In this document: positions 10,447-19,673 of the stretch, one piece after another | How positions within the stretch are numbered: the first letter of the stretch is position 1 | Layout of the letters: each line of letters starts with the position of its first letter | From: Dehalococcoidia bacterium | GTDB lineage: Bacteria > Chloroflexota > Dehalococcoidia > Lucifugimonadales > UBA3495 | Direction of reading: 5' to 3' | DNA length: 64,000 bases | Assembly: GCA_965232815.1 (NCBI GenBank) | Contig: OZ247427.1 | Span: 724,846-788,845, forward strand | Made by a program: the position numbers and the translations under genes | Notes under the pieces: model-generated | The model's database searches: none | Seen by the model: the letters and a program-made list of their open reading frames with translations, nothing else | Told to the model about the DNA's origin: nothing

Positions 10447-10549
10447 TGATTGGTTTCCTCCGGGGCGATTTATTCTCACATGGATGATTGGGGCACTCGG
10501 GATAGCGCCGCTTTGGTTGCTACGCTCTGCGACGGCGTTGGACCAGGGA

Positions 10550-11776
10550 TCAGATCACGTCGTCCGCCCTCAGCCGCTCCAGTTCCGCAGCGTCGACGCC
10601 GCACAACTCCCCGAATACGTCGGCGTTGTGCATCCCCAGAGACGGCGCGCCGGGAACGTCGGGCAAGGGCTGGCCATCAAATAGCACTGGGAATCCGGCG
10701 ACCACCTCGTCCACCTCTTCGTCGAACGTGGCGTTGAGCATCGGACGGAGCGCGCCGCGATCCCTGAAGTGGGGGTCGGCCAGAATCTCGGGCACGGTGC
10801 GAACCGGTGCGCAGGGCACGTCGCCGGCCGACAGGCACTCCAACGCCTCGGCCCGGGTCATCTTGCCGATGCGTTTCTGTACCTCGGTTCTGGCGGCGCC
10901 GGCGTTCTCCGAGCGAACCTGGTAGCGCGCGAACCGCTCGTCCTCGATCAAATCGGGAGTGCCGATGGCGTTGCACAGGCGACGCCACTGGTCGTCGCTG
11001 GCCGCCGTGATGATTATCGCGCCGTCGCTTGCGTTGTACTGTCCGGTGGGCCCGCTGCGGCTGTTGTTGCCGGTGCGCAACGGGATGCCGGCAGCCATGT
11101 CTTCTTCCAGATTCTCCATCAGCATGAGCGAGGTCAGGGTATCCATCATGGAAACGTCGAGATAGGATCCCTTACCGGTGCGCTCCTTCTCACGCAGGGC
11201 GGCCAGGATGCTGGTGGCGGCGAACATGGGCGTTACCAGGTCGCCGATGTAGAAGCCGACGCGGGTGGGCGGACCATCGGGTTCGCCGTTGATGTCCATG
11301 AGGCCGCTCATGCCCTGGATCTGAGGGTCGTGGGCCGGTTGGTTAGCATAGGGCCCGGTCTGGCCGTAGCCTGAAATGCTGGCGTAGATGACGCCGGGAT
11401 TCACCGCTGCCACGTCGTCATAGCCAAGACCCAACCGCGTCATGGAGCCGGGGGCCAGGTTTTCCAGCACGATGTCCGACTGCCGCGCCATCTCGAGGAA
11501 CAACTCGCGACCCCTGTCGCTCCTGAGGTTCAGGGTAACGCTCTTGACGCCCTGGCTGCGCTTGAGGAAACGGGTGGCGATGTATTTTTCGGACCGCTGC
11601 TCCGGAAAGATCCCGTCGGGACCGGCAAACGGACCGTTGCCGCGCACCGGATCTCCTCGCCCGGGTATTTCCACCTTGATTACCTCGGCGCCCAGGCGGG
11701 CCAGGGTCATGCTCAGGAACGGTCCGGCCAGGAACACGGTAACGGCCAGAACCCTCAAATCCGAAAGCGGCTGCAT
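10550..11776 (-). CDS. Family III CoA-transferase (CaiB/BaiF)
   Basis: The N-terminus has PLSDLRVLAVTVFLAGPFLSMTLARLGAEVIKVE, and the catalytic-Asp region reads ..AHDPQIQGMSGLM... Starting at ATG 11776 puts GAAGGAG 6 nt upstream. Confidence 0.85.
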   Translation of the reverse strand: MQPLSDLRVLAVTVFLAGPFLSMTLARLGAEVIKVEIPGRGDPVRGNGPFAGPDGIFPEQRSEKYIATRFLKRSQGVKSVTLNLRSDRGRELFLEMARQSDIVLENLAPGSMTRLGLGYDDVAAVNPGVIYASISGYGQTGPYANQPAHDPQIQGMSGLMDINGEPDGPPTRVGFYIGDLVTPMFAATSILAALREKERTGKGSYLDVSMMDTLTSLMLMENLEEDMAAGIPLRTGNNSRSGPTGQYNASDGAIIITAASDDQWRRLCNAIGTPDLIEDERFARYQVRSENAGAARTEVQKRIGKMTRAEALECLSAGDVPCAPVRTVPEILADPHFRDRGALRPMLNATFDEEVDEVVAGFPVLFDGQPLPDVPGAPSLGMHNADVFGELCGVDAAELERLRADDVI

Positions 11777-12297
11777 GCGCATCTCCTTCTCGCAATCGCC
11801 CAGCCCGATGAGGCGTGACGGAGCGGATTCAACCCGATTGCAGCCGGATTATACACGGGGACTTTGCCTCATCCTGGTCCGCCCATGCAACTATGCTCTA
11901 TGGATGGTAGGTGAAAAACGGCATCGATCCTGGCTAATGGAGGCCCGAAGCAGGTCATCATGCCCGGGCCAAAAATTTGGACCCGTCCTTTTGGGGGGTC
12001 TCGATGCGCAAAAGCCAATGTCCACGCTGGTGACATCGTAGCCTACCTTCGCCAAGCGGGCCGCAGTCGCCGTACCCAATCCAATAACCGTTGTTTTCGC
12101 ACCATAGTCAACGTCCGTTTCGTTCGTGATTCCCCCGTACGCGACCAGGGGATGCCCTGACGTTCACTGCAGCAAGGAGCGTATCGGGCGGTAATTGTTG
12201 CTTCCGCGGGGCGTCGTGCATATAACCCCAAACAGCGCCATAACTCGTCAGCTCTCACTAGGAGGTCGTGCGCTCAACTGCAATTGTCCAGCCAACT

Positions 12298-13656
12298 TCA
12301 GATTATCTCGTATATCGACCCATGATTGGGAAGGAAAAACTTGGCGTAGGTCTTTTGGGCGTAGTCGTCAGTCATTCCGGAGATATAGTCGGCAACCCTC
12401 CTTGCACGCTCCCTTTCGCTAGTATCTGATCCCAACCCGTCCTGCCAGTCATCGGGCAAAAAATGGTATTCGTCAAAAAATTTCTTGAACAAAGCCCGGA
12501 TGATATATTTCCCTTTAGCTTCCAAAACCCGTACTTGCGGGGCTGTAATGACAAAATACCAGATTATTTTGTTGACCAAATCAATCTCAATTTCTTTGTC
12601 CCTTGGCATTTCGACGTTGTACAGATAGCGCGATGATACGCAATTAGAAACCCGATGCTCCACACGAACACGTTCCGCAGCGGTAACATATCGGTGGATC
12701 AGTTTCGTAGTCATCTCTTTACGGAATGCACGCTGATTATCGTAGTCGAATTTGCTAGCATTAGTTGTAATACTGGGATTAAATTCATATAGCATTTCAA
12801 CTACATCATTATACAAACTATCAATATCTTCGTCCTCAAATTCAAGTTTCAGGTCTCGCAATACACGCGACATGCGCGTATCGCTACGGGAAAATGTAAA
12901 AGCGTCGATATATTTTGCATGGAGCCCGTCTTCAAGATCGTGAACCGCATAGGCGATATCGTCAGCTTGATTCATAATTTGGCATTCAAAGGAACGCGCT
13001 TTAGCTTCATCGCAACCAGCTTCGATTCGAGCGTCGTGACTTGCCCAGTCGGCGAATGGAAGATCATCGGCGTAAATGAATTTCCTGAAATTTTCATAAG
13101 GAGCGTTTTTGTACTTGAGTTGGGCGTCGATTACTGCCCTCGTTAGGTTGAGACCATGGTATGCAGTGCTTTTCTTTTCGAGCTCATTTATCAAACGAAC
13201 ATTCTGAGCGTTAGCCTCGAATCCGCCATAATTGACCATCAGTTTTTTGAGTTCATCTTCTCCGGCATGTCCAAATGGAGGATGCCCGATATCGTGGAGC
13301 AACGCAGCTGCTTCAACTAATTCAGTATTAGCCCCCAGCCGGAGGGCCAACCCTTTGGCGATCTGCCCAACTTCCAGAGAATGAGTTAACCGCGTTCGGT
13401 AGAAATCACCCTCGCCCGATGTGAAAACTTGAGTCTTGCCTTGCAGACGACGAAACGCGGCAGAGTGAATAATGCGCGCCCGATCCCGTTCGAATTCAGA
13501 CCTTTCCTCATCATCCGATTTAGGCCCTTCGCAGATTCTGCGTTCTTTATCGTGCGCCGTATATTTGATACTGTCAGGTTCAATCGAATTTCGCACGTCC
13601 GGATACCTCGCATTCCTTGGTTTAGAACTGGTAGACTTGCGCTGGTTAGAAATCAT
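12298..13656 (-). CDS. dGTPase-family HD-domain dNTP triphosphohydrolase (Dgt-like)
   Basis: RSEFERDRARIIHSAAFRRLQGKTQVF..RTRLTHSLEVGQIAKGLA..AALLHDIGHPPFGHAGE and the C-terminal ADYISGMTDDYA are hallmark Dgt-family motifs. The gene is strongly AT-richer than its neighbours (37 G+C per 100 nt at 12541-12640). Confidence 0.85.
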   Translation of the reverse strand: MISNQRKSTSSKPRNARYPDVRNSIEPDSIKYTAHDKERRICEGPKSDDEERSEFERDRARIIHSAAFRRLQGKTQVFTSGEGDFYRTRLTHSLEVGQIAKGLALRLGANTELVEAAALLHDIGHPPFGHAGEDELKKLMVNYGGFEANAQNVRLINELEKKSTAYHGLNLTRAVIDAQLKYKNAPYENFRKFIYADDLPFADWASHDARIEAGCDEAKARSFECQIMNQADDIAYAVHDLEDGLHAKYIDAFTFSRSDTRMSRVLRDLKLEFEDEDIDSLYNDVVEMLYEFNPSITTNASKFDYDNQRAFRKEMTTKLIHRYVTAAERVRVEHRVSNCVSSRYLYNVEMPRDKEIEIDLVNKIIWYFVITAPQVRVLEAKGKYIIRALFKKFFDEYHFLPDDWQDGLGSDTSERERARRVADYISGMTDDYAQKTYAKFFLPNHGSIYEII

Positions 13657-13825
13657 TCGCAGAGTCCAGTATCCAATCTTAGCAAACGAGTGTCATCCCT
13701 GTTCGGATGGATCATGCTGGGCACACTGGCGAAATCCTCGTAAGTCTCGAGTAGCTACCGGAAACTGGCGCAATCAATTTTTCAGGCGATCCATAATCAA
13801 CCGATCGCTGCCAGCGAGTAGTCCC

Positions 13826-14035
13826 TTGTGTCGAAGCATCAAAACCCTGCGCCGTTCCGGCGAGCCCGCCACCGACGAAGAGATCCAGGCGGCGGCGTTG
13901 CAATTCGTCCGCAAAATCAGCGGATACCGGCAGCCGTCCAGGATAAACGCGCCCGTGTTCGAGCAGGCCGTGGACGACGTGGCGCAGGCCGCCCGAGACC
14001 TGCTGGACTCGCTGCAAACCCCGGCGTCGCGCTGA
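13826..14035 (+). CDS. DUF2277 family small protein
   Basis: The tail of ORF 13472..14035 reads (L)CRSIKTLRRSGEPATDEEIQAAALQFVRKISGYRQPSRINAPVFEQAVDDVA. That matches the DUF2277 pattern MCRNIKTL..PATDEEI.AAALQFVRK.SG. The start is assigned to TTG 13826. Confidence 0.65.
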   Translation: MCRSIKTLRRSGEPATDEEIQAAALQFVRKISGYRQPSRINAPVFEQAVDDVAQAARDLLDSLQTPASR

Positions 14036-14039
14036 CCCA

Positions 14040-14372
14040 ATGCTGAACCTCACGCCAGCGGAGGCCAGCCGCATCTGCATGGACGAATGTCGCGCCATGT
14101 GCTGTCGCGGACCGATTATCCTGCGGTTGGCGCCGGACGAGGTTGCCGGATTTTACCGGGCCTCTGATCGGCTGGGCGGAACCGTCACCATCACACGCAC
14201 GCCAGACGGCGGCGGAAACGTCCTGTTCCTGGAGCAGCCGGGCGAGGCGTGTCCCATGCTGGACACCGCAACATCCGCCTGCCGTATCTACGACGAGCGC
14301 CCGCGAATCTGCCGGGAGTTTCCGCGCAAGCCTGAGCCCGGCTGCGCGATTTCCGGCTGGACCGACGATTAA
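14040..14372 (+). CDS. YkgJ-family cysteine-cluster (zinc/iron-chelating) protein
   Basis: C-x2-C-x3-CC near the N-terminus (CMDECRAMCC), plus C..C and RPRICREFP as in the UPF0153/YkgJ family. Confidence 0.7.
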   Translation: MLNLTPAEASRICMDECRAMCCRGPIILRLAPDEVAGFYRASDRLGGTVTITRTPDGGGNVLFLEQPGEACPMLDTATSACRIYDERPRICREFPRKPEPGCAISGWTDD

Positions 14373-14399
14373 CGGCGCCGCGTGATGGACGCGACGCCG
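14373..14399. terminator. Hairpin between convergent genes (CGGCGCCGCGT-gatgg-ACGCGACGCCG)
   Basis: An 11-bp stem with one mismatch lies between the stops at 14372 (+) and 14438 (-). There is no clear U-tract on either strand. Confidence 0.3.
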
Positions 14400-14437
14400 T
14401 ATTGAGCGCCTGCTGCTCGAAGTTTCGCGTTAACGGA

Positions 14438-15655
14438 TCAGCCCGCCGTGTACCGCGCCGCCTCTTCCGATCCTCCCGTAGCATCGCCCTCGCTGTAGGA
14501 GTGCGCACCGGCGCCGGCCAACGCGCCGCCCTGCACGATGAGATACTCCTCACGGATGGGGCGACCGTCGAGCCAGCATTCCAGGATCTCCCGGACGCCG
14601 GCGGCATAGCGAGCCTGGGCGGACAAAGACGTGCCGGACGTGTGGGGCGTCATCGCGTGGTTGGGCATTGAGCGCCAGGGATGGTCGTTGGGCGCCGGCT
14701 GGGGGAACCAGACGTCTCCCGCGTAGCCGGCCAACTGGCCGCTCTCCAGTGCCCGCACGATGGCCTCGCGGTTGCAGATCTTGCCCCGCGCGGTGTTGAC
14801 GATGTACGAGCCGCGCTTCATCCGGCCGATCAACTCGTCGTTGAACATATCCTCGGTCTCGGGATGCAGCGGGCAGTGGATGCTGACCACGTCGCACACG
14901 CTGACCAGGGATTCGACGGTAGGGTGGAACGTCGCGCCCAATTCGGATTCGACCTCGGCGGGCAGACGGTGGCGGTCGGTGTAGTGCAGGTTGACGTCAA
15001 AGGGCTTCATCCGCTTGAGCACCGCCAGACCGATGCGGCCCGCTGCCACCACGCCCACGTCCATTCCCTCGATGTCGTACGAGCGCGAGGCGGCGTCCGC
15101 GATATTCCAGCCGCCACGCATGACCCAACCGTACTGGGGGATGTAGTCGCGGACGAGGGCCAGCATCTGCATCACGGCGTGCTCTGCCACGCTGATGCTG
15201 TTGCACCAGGTTACCTCGGCCACCGTGATGCCGCGATCGATGGCTGCCTGCAGGTCCACGTGGTCTGAGCCGATACCGGCGGTGATGGCCATTTTCAGAT
15301 TCGGGGCCTTTTCGATGCGCTCTGCCGTGAGGTACGCCGGCCAGAAGGGCTGCGAGATGACCACGTCGGCGTCAACCAGTTCACGCTCAAAGACCGAGTC
15401 CGGGCCATCCTTGTCGGAGGTAACCACAAACTGGTGCCCGCGCCCCTTCAGAAACTGCTCCAGCCCCAGCCCGCCGGACACCGAGCCCAGAAGATGGCCG
15501 GGCGTAAAGTCCAATGATGCAGGCGAGGGCAGGGTTTGCCCATCGGGGTACGTGCTCAACGCGGGGATGGTCTGGCGCGCATAGTCGGGGGGAAAACCCT
15601 CCACTGGATCGTCGTAGAGAACGCACAGGACTTTCTGGCCGGAATTGGAACTCAT
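14438..15655 (-). CDS. fdh: NAD-dependent formate dehydrogenase
   Basis: The product is colinear with Pseudomonas sp. 101 FDH. Shared blocks are KVLCVLYDDPV.G.P, GSVSGGLGL, DKDGPDSVFERELVDADVVISQPFWPAYLT, TAGIGSDHVDL, CNSISVAEH, GYAGDVWFPQPAP.DHPWR and EYLIVQGGALAG.GAHSYS.G.ATGGSEEAA. GGAGG lies 6 nt upstream of the ATG. Confidence 0.95.
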   Translation of the reverse strand: MSSNSGQKVLCVLYDDPVEGFPPDYARQTIPALSTYPDGQTLPSPASLDFTPGHLLGSVSGGLGLEQFLKGRGHQFVVTSDKDGPDSVFERELVDADVVISQPFWPAYLTAERIEKAPNLKMAITAGIGSDHVDLQAAIDRGITVAEVTWCNSISVAEHAVMQMLALVRDYIPQYGWVMRGGWNIADAASRSYDIEGMDVGVVAAGRIGLAVLKRMKPFDVNLHYTDRHRLPAEVESELGATFHPTVESLVSVCDVVSIHCPLHPETEDMFNDELIGRMKRGSYIVNTARGKICNREAIVRALESGQLAGYAGDVWFPQPAPNDHPWRSMPNHAMTPHTSGTSLSAQARYAAGVREILECWLDGRPIREEYLIVQGGALAGAGAHSYSEGDATGGSEEAARYTAG

Positions 15656-15840
15656 CGATTACCTCCTTGGCAGACGCCCAGACCTCAAAGTTTTTTGATA
15701 GTTTTGAAATTTCGCCTACTTTATCGCGGGGGACCGCCATGCGCAACGTGACCGCACGCCAACTACGGGGCAATTCTGGGGAATCCAACCGTCGGCGCAG
15801 CCAACGCCGGAGAGTGTCTAACGCGCCGGTTTGGTTATCG

Positions 15841-15957
15841 CTAACTCTCGTCCCTCCGCGAACGCCTGGCATTTCGCTCTATGAGGTACTCGGTGAACCA
15901 TCCGATGCCAAACGCTATCGCAACGCACACCAGGATGTAGCCATATGGTTCCGCCAT
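15841..15957 (-). CDS. Possible 38-aa single-pass membrane micro-protein
   Basis: Found by hand, since it is below the ORF-track size cutoff. It reads MAEPYGYILVCVAIAFGIGWFTEYLIERNARRSRRDES from ATG 15957 to TAG 15841. It has one hydrophobic helix and a basic tail, a weak RBS, and sits in the 620-bp gap upstream of fdh. Confidence 0.25.
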   Translation of the reverse strand: MAEPYGYILVCVAIAFGIGWFTEYLIERNARRSRRDES

Positions 15958-16277
15958 GATAAGCACCCATGCAAAGGGTCGGTTATATCCCGACCACTGT
16001 ATGCACTGTAATACGTCCGCCGGTAGCGCGCGGATTGACCATCGGTGGCTGGAAGGTACTCACCTGCGCTCAATGGACGCACCATCCGAGGGCGGGATGG
16101 GCGTTCACCGGCTCTTCTCGGTCGAGCGTTGTCCGCCTCGATAGCACCCGGGTTGGCCGAGGCTATGCAGACATGATTAAGCGATGACGCAGAAACTGGA
16201 ATACCTGTATTCCAACGTTCCGCCATCGCCCCATGTAGGCGTAACGGGAACTCTGGCAATCGGATACACGGGCACCA

Positions 16278-18140
16278 CTACGCCAGCCCATGCTCCTGCA
16301 AGACTGGTTTGATCGCCTCCACCAACGCCGGCAGGTATTCGTTCCAGTCGCCCACGATTCCGTAGTCGGCGGCACGGAAGATGGCCGCCCGGTGGTTCCG
16401 GTTGATGGCCAGAATCACACCGGCCTTCTGGATGCCCACGGTGTGGTTGAACGCGCCCCGAATACCAACCGCCAGGTACACCTGCGGCGCGATGGTACGC
16501 CCGCTGATTCCGACCTGCACGTGGTGGGGCAACCACCCCGAATGCACCACGTTGCGGGTAGTGCAGATGGACGCCCCTATGGTGGACGCAAGATCCTGCG
16601 CAGTGGGCACGCCCTCTTCAGTGACACCCATGCCGACGCCCACCACGACCTCTGCCGATGTGAGTTCCAGCGCCCCGTGCTCCTCCGAGAAATGCTCGCT
16701 GACCAGGGTCACGTCTGCGCCGCCGCGTGTCACGGGCGGAATCGAGTCCAAGCGTACCAACCGTGGCCCATCCTCAGGAGCAGCCGGCGTCAGCACGCCG
16801 GGTCGCAGGGTGACCAGGTTGGGCAGCGTCTTGGACAGGATGGGCGCGACCACGTTGCCGCCCAGCGCCGGCTTGAGTTGAACCAGTTGGCCGGCGCCGT
16901 TGATCTCCAGGTCGATGGCGTCGCCGGTGAGACCCAGGCGTTGGCGGGCGGCGATGCGGGCGGCCAGGTCCCGTCCGTCGGCGGTGGCGGCGAACAGCAC
17001 GGCGTAGGGCGGGTCGGCGGCAATGGCGTCGGATAGGCTGTCGGCGACGCCGCGCCCGCAGATGGGGCCGATACCGGCGGTGTCCAGCGTGAGAACCCGG
17101 TCCGCGCCACCCAGGGTGAGTTGTCGGAGGATGCCGGCCTGGGTGGCGTCGTCGCCGGTGGCATCGCTGATGACCACAGCGACGACCTCGCTCTGGGTGA
17201 TTGGGGTCAGGGCGCGGGCTTTGCCCAACAGTTCCTGCGTAACCTGACGCACGCCGTCGGACGCCAATTCAGCCACCACCCAGATCGGCCGGCCACCGCC
17301 GTCGTAGTGGGGTAGATCGGCATCGTCTGAATCCTGGCCGGCTTCTGCCGCCAATGACGTCAGCCGTTCTCCCAGATGCTCCGCTATCTGCCGGGCCGCA
17401 TCCTCCGGAGTTTCGTCCCGAATGACCACTCCCAGGCGGTCGGGTTCCACAAGGCGGATATCCTCCACCCAGGTCGGCGAACCCTCGAGGCCGAACAGCG
17501 ACAGATCATCGGTGAGGTCGGCGCAAGTGAGTTGCTCGACGGTTTTGCCCTCAGCCTCTTCCATTTCCTCGCGCCCTGGATAGCGTTCCTGGCCGGCTCC
17601 CTCGGTGACGCAAACCACGGCCGGCAGGCCGCATTCGAGGACCTGGTATCCCTCGTCAGTGGCGCGTTCCACGGTGATGCGGTTGGCGGCCCGGTCGATT
17701 TCCAGCTTGCGCACGTTGCTGATGTGGGGGAGGCCCATCAACTCGGCGACCTCCGGTCCCACCTGTCCGGTTTCGGCGTCGCTGCTGTTGCGGCCACACA
17801 CGATGAGGTCGGGCTCCTCGCGCTGCAGGGCCAGCGAAAGCGCCTGGGCAGTCGCCAGCGTGTCGCTGCCGGCCAGTGCGCGGTCGGACAGCAGAACGGC
17901 GCGGTCCGCCCCCAGCGCGTAGCACTGCGTGAGGCCCTCGGCGGCGTTGGGCGGACCCATTGATAGCGCGAGCACGCTATCCGCGTCGCCGTACTTGAGG
18001 TCCACGGCCATGTTGATGCCCAGCAGATCGAAGGGGTTGATCTCGGACGGCACGCCCTCGCGCTGGATGACCTTGTTCTCGTAGTCGAACTGTATGCGCG
18101 AAACCACGGGAACGTACTTCACGCAGACTGCAATTTTCAT
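16278..18140 (-). CDS. Fused electron transfer flavoprotein, beta (N-terminal) plus alpha (C-terminal) subunits
   Basis: The N-terminus MKIAVCVKYVPVV..EINPFDLLGINMAVDLK is EtfB-like. The C-terminus ..GISGRTIAPQVYLAVGIRGAFNHTVGIQKAGVILAINRN..A.IF..ADYGIVGD is the EtfA FAD-binding signature. It is one continuous 620-aa frame. Confidence 0.85.
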   Translation of the reverse strand: MKIAVCVKYVPVVSRIQFDYENKVIQREGVPSEINPFDLLGINMAVDLKYGDADSVLALSMGPPNAAEGLTQCYALGADRAVLLSDRALAGSDTLATAQALSLALQREEPDLIVCGRNSSDAETGQVGPEVAELMGLPHISNVRKLEIDRAANRITVERATDEGYQVLECGLPAVVCVTEGAGQERYPGREEMEEAEGKTVEQLTCADLTDDLSLFGLEGSPTWVEDIRLVEPDRLGVVIRDETPEDAARQIAEHLGERLTSLAAEAGQDSDDADLPHYDGGGRPIWVVAELASDGVRQVTQELLGKARALTPITQSEVVAVVISDATGDDATQAGILRQLTLGGADRVLTLDTAGIGPICGRGVADSLSDAIAADPPYAVLFAATADGRDLAARIAARQRLGLTGDAIDLEINGAGQLVQLKPALGGNVVAPILSKTLPNLVTLRPGVLTPAAPEDGPRLVRLDSIPPVTRGGADVTLVSEHFSEEHGALELTSAEVVVGVGMGVTEEGVPTAQDLASTIGASICTTRNVVHSGWLPHHVQVGISGRTIAPQVYLAVGIRGAFNHTVGIQKAGVILAINRNHRAAIFRAADYGIVGDWNEYLPALVEAIKPVLQEHGLA

Positions 18141-18145
18141 TGGGG

Positions 18146-19540
18146 TCAGACTCCTTGGGACGAGCCGGAGGATATCGTGTCGCGGATTTCCGCATCCAGT
18201 CGCTGGACGCCGGCGCTGGTCGAAACCGGATACCGGTCCGGCGCCCTGAGCTTCCGGTGTTCTTCGGGCAGCGCCGCCAAGCCGTCGGCGACGCGCTCGC
18301 GGGCAGCATCAATGGGACTCGCGGGTATCGCACGTCGCCCGTCAGACATCGCCAACTGCAGCAGAGGTTCGGCGGAATCGATCGCTTCGTGGTCCAGCGC
18401 GATTACGTCGCCGGCCATCATGCCCTCGCCGTTGTAATGCCTGAAAACCTGCTTGCCGCCGGGCAGCGAGGACTTGCCGGCGCTGAGTTTCATCACCGGC
18501 CGGCCGTCGTAGCACACCATTTTGTACACCATGTCGCAATACGGCGCGTCGGCAGACACGCCCACCCGCGTGCCCACGCCGAACATATCGATGGGCGCGC
18601 CGCCCCTGATCAGCCGCTCCAGTTCGTACTCGTCCAGGCCGCCGCTGGCGACAATGCGAACGTAGTCCAGGCCGGCGTCGTCCAGGATGCGCCGGACTTG
18701 CCGGCTCAGGTCATCGAAGTCGCCGGAGTCCAGCCGCACGCCGGTCAGCCGGTGGCCGTCGGCCTGCATCTCTTTCGCCACCTCCACCGCGATGTGGGCC
18801 GCGTTGATGGTGTCGTAGGTGTCCAATAGCAGGATGCTGCGGTCGGGGAACCGGCGGGCATATGCGCGAAAGGCATCAGCCTCGTCGTCGAAACTGGTGA
18901 TGTAGGAATGGGCCATGGTGCCGGTGGGCGGGATGCCGTATCGCCGAGCGGCCAGGACGTTGCTGGTTGCGCCGAATCCGGCGATGTACGATGCCCGCGC
19001 CATGCGCAGGGACGCCTCCGAGCCGTGGGTGCGGCGGGCCGCGAAGTCCGCCAGCGGGCGGCCTTCCGCCGCATCGACGCAGCGCGCCGACTTGGTGGCC
19101 AGGAGGCTCTGGTACTGCACTTGGTTGATGATGATTGTCTCGGCCAACTGCGCCGCGATGACCGGCGCGGTTACTTCCAGCACGGGTTCATCGGTAAAGA
19201 ACAAGCTGCCCTCGGGCATGGAACGCACGCTGCCCGTGAACCGGAACCCGCGCAGGTAGTCCAGGAACTCCTCGGTGAACACGCCGGTGTCGCGCAGATA
19301 GCCCACGCTGGCATCATCGAACGACAACGCGCCTAGGCAGTCGATGGCGTCGTCAATGCCGGCCGCGACCATGTAACCGCGGTCGGGGGGATATTCGCGC
19401 ACGTAGAGGCTGAATGTGGCCTCGCCGTCCATGCCCTCGGCGAAGTAAGACTGCGCCATGGTCAGCTCGTAGAAATCGGTGAGCAGGCCGAGTTCGCCGG
19501 CCGGCACGGGTAGATAGGGCTGTTCGGTCTGGCTGGCCAT
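18146..19540 (-). CDS. pncB: Nicotinate phosphoribosyltransferase
   Basis: LLTDFYELTMAQSYF.., ..GTMAHSYITSF.. and ..VRLDSGD.. are typical NAPRTase motifs. The stop lies 5 nt upstream of the etf start. Confidence 0.85.
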   Translation of the reverse strand: MASQTEQPYLPVPAGELGLLTDFYELTMAQSYFAEGMDGEATFSLYVREYPPDRGYMVAAGIDDAIDCLGALSFDDASVGYLRDTGVFTEEFLDYLRGFRFTGSVRSMPEGSLFFTDEPVLEVTAPVIAAQLAETIIINQVQYQSLLATKSARCVDAAEGRPLADFAARRTHGSEASLRMARASYIAGFGATSNVLAARRYGIPPTGTMAHSYITSFDDEADAFRAYARRFPDRSILLLDTYDTINAAHIAVEVAKEMQADGHRLTGVRLDSGDFDDLSRQVRRILDDAGLDYVRIVASGGLDEYELERLIRGGAPIDMFGVGTRVGVSADAPYCDMVYKMVCYDGRPVMKLSAGKSSLPGGKQVFRHYNGEGMMAGDVIALDHEAIDSAEPLLQLAMSDGRRAIPASPIDAARERVADGLAALPEEHRKLRAPDRYPVSTSAGVQRLDAEIRDTISSGSSQGV

Positions 19541-19673
19541 GGCAATCCGCTGCCGCTGACGGCGTGAATCGTGAGCGGGCGTCCAACTGGAAGTGTCCGC
19601 ATTATCGGGCGGGCCTGCGGCGGTGTCAAACGTCGGTTACACTGTCCGGCACTCCAAAAAGGACGACGACAAT

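Noticed and set aside
11891-12160. Rossmann-like frame (..KTTVIGLGTATAARLAKVGYDVTSVDIG..) on the minus strand in the gap left of the dGTPase gene
   Set aside because: It has no start codon, is bounded by a TGA about 25 codons upstream, is short, and the dinucleotide-binding resemblance is weak. At most it is a decayed gene remnant, so I did not annotate it as a pseudogene. It is mentioned only as context for the dGTPase islet.
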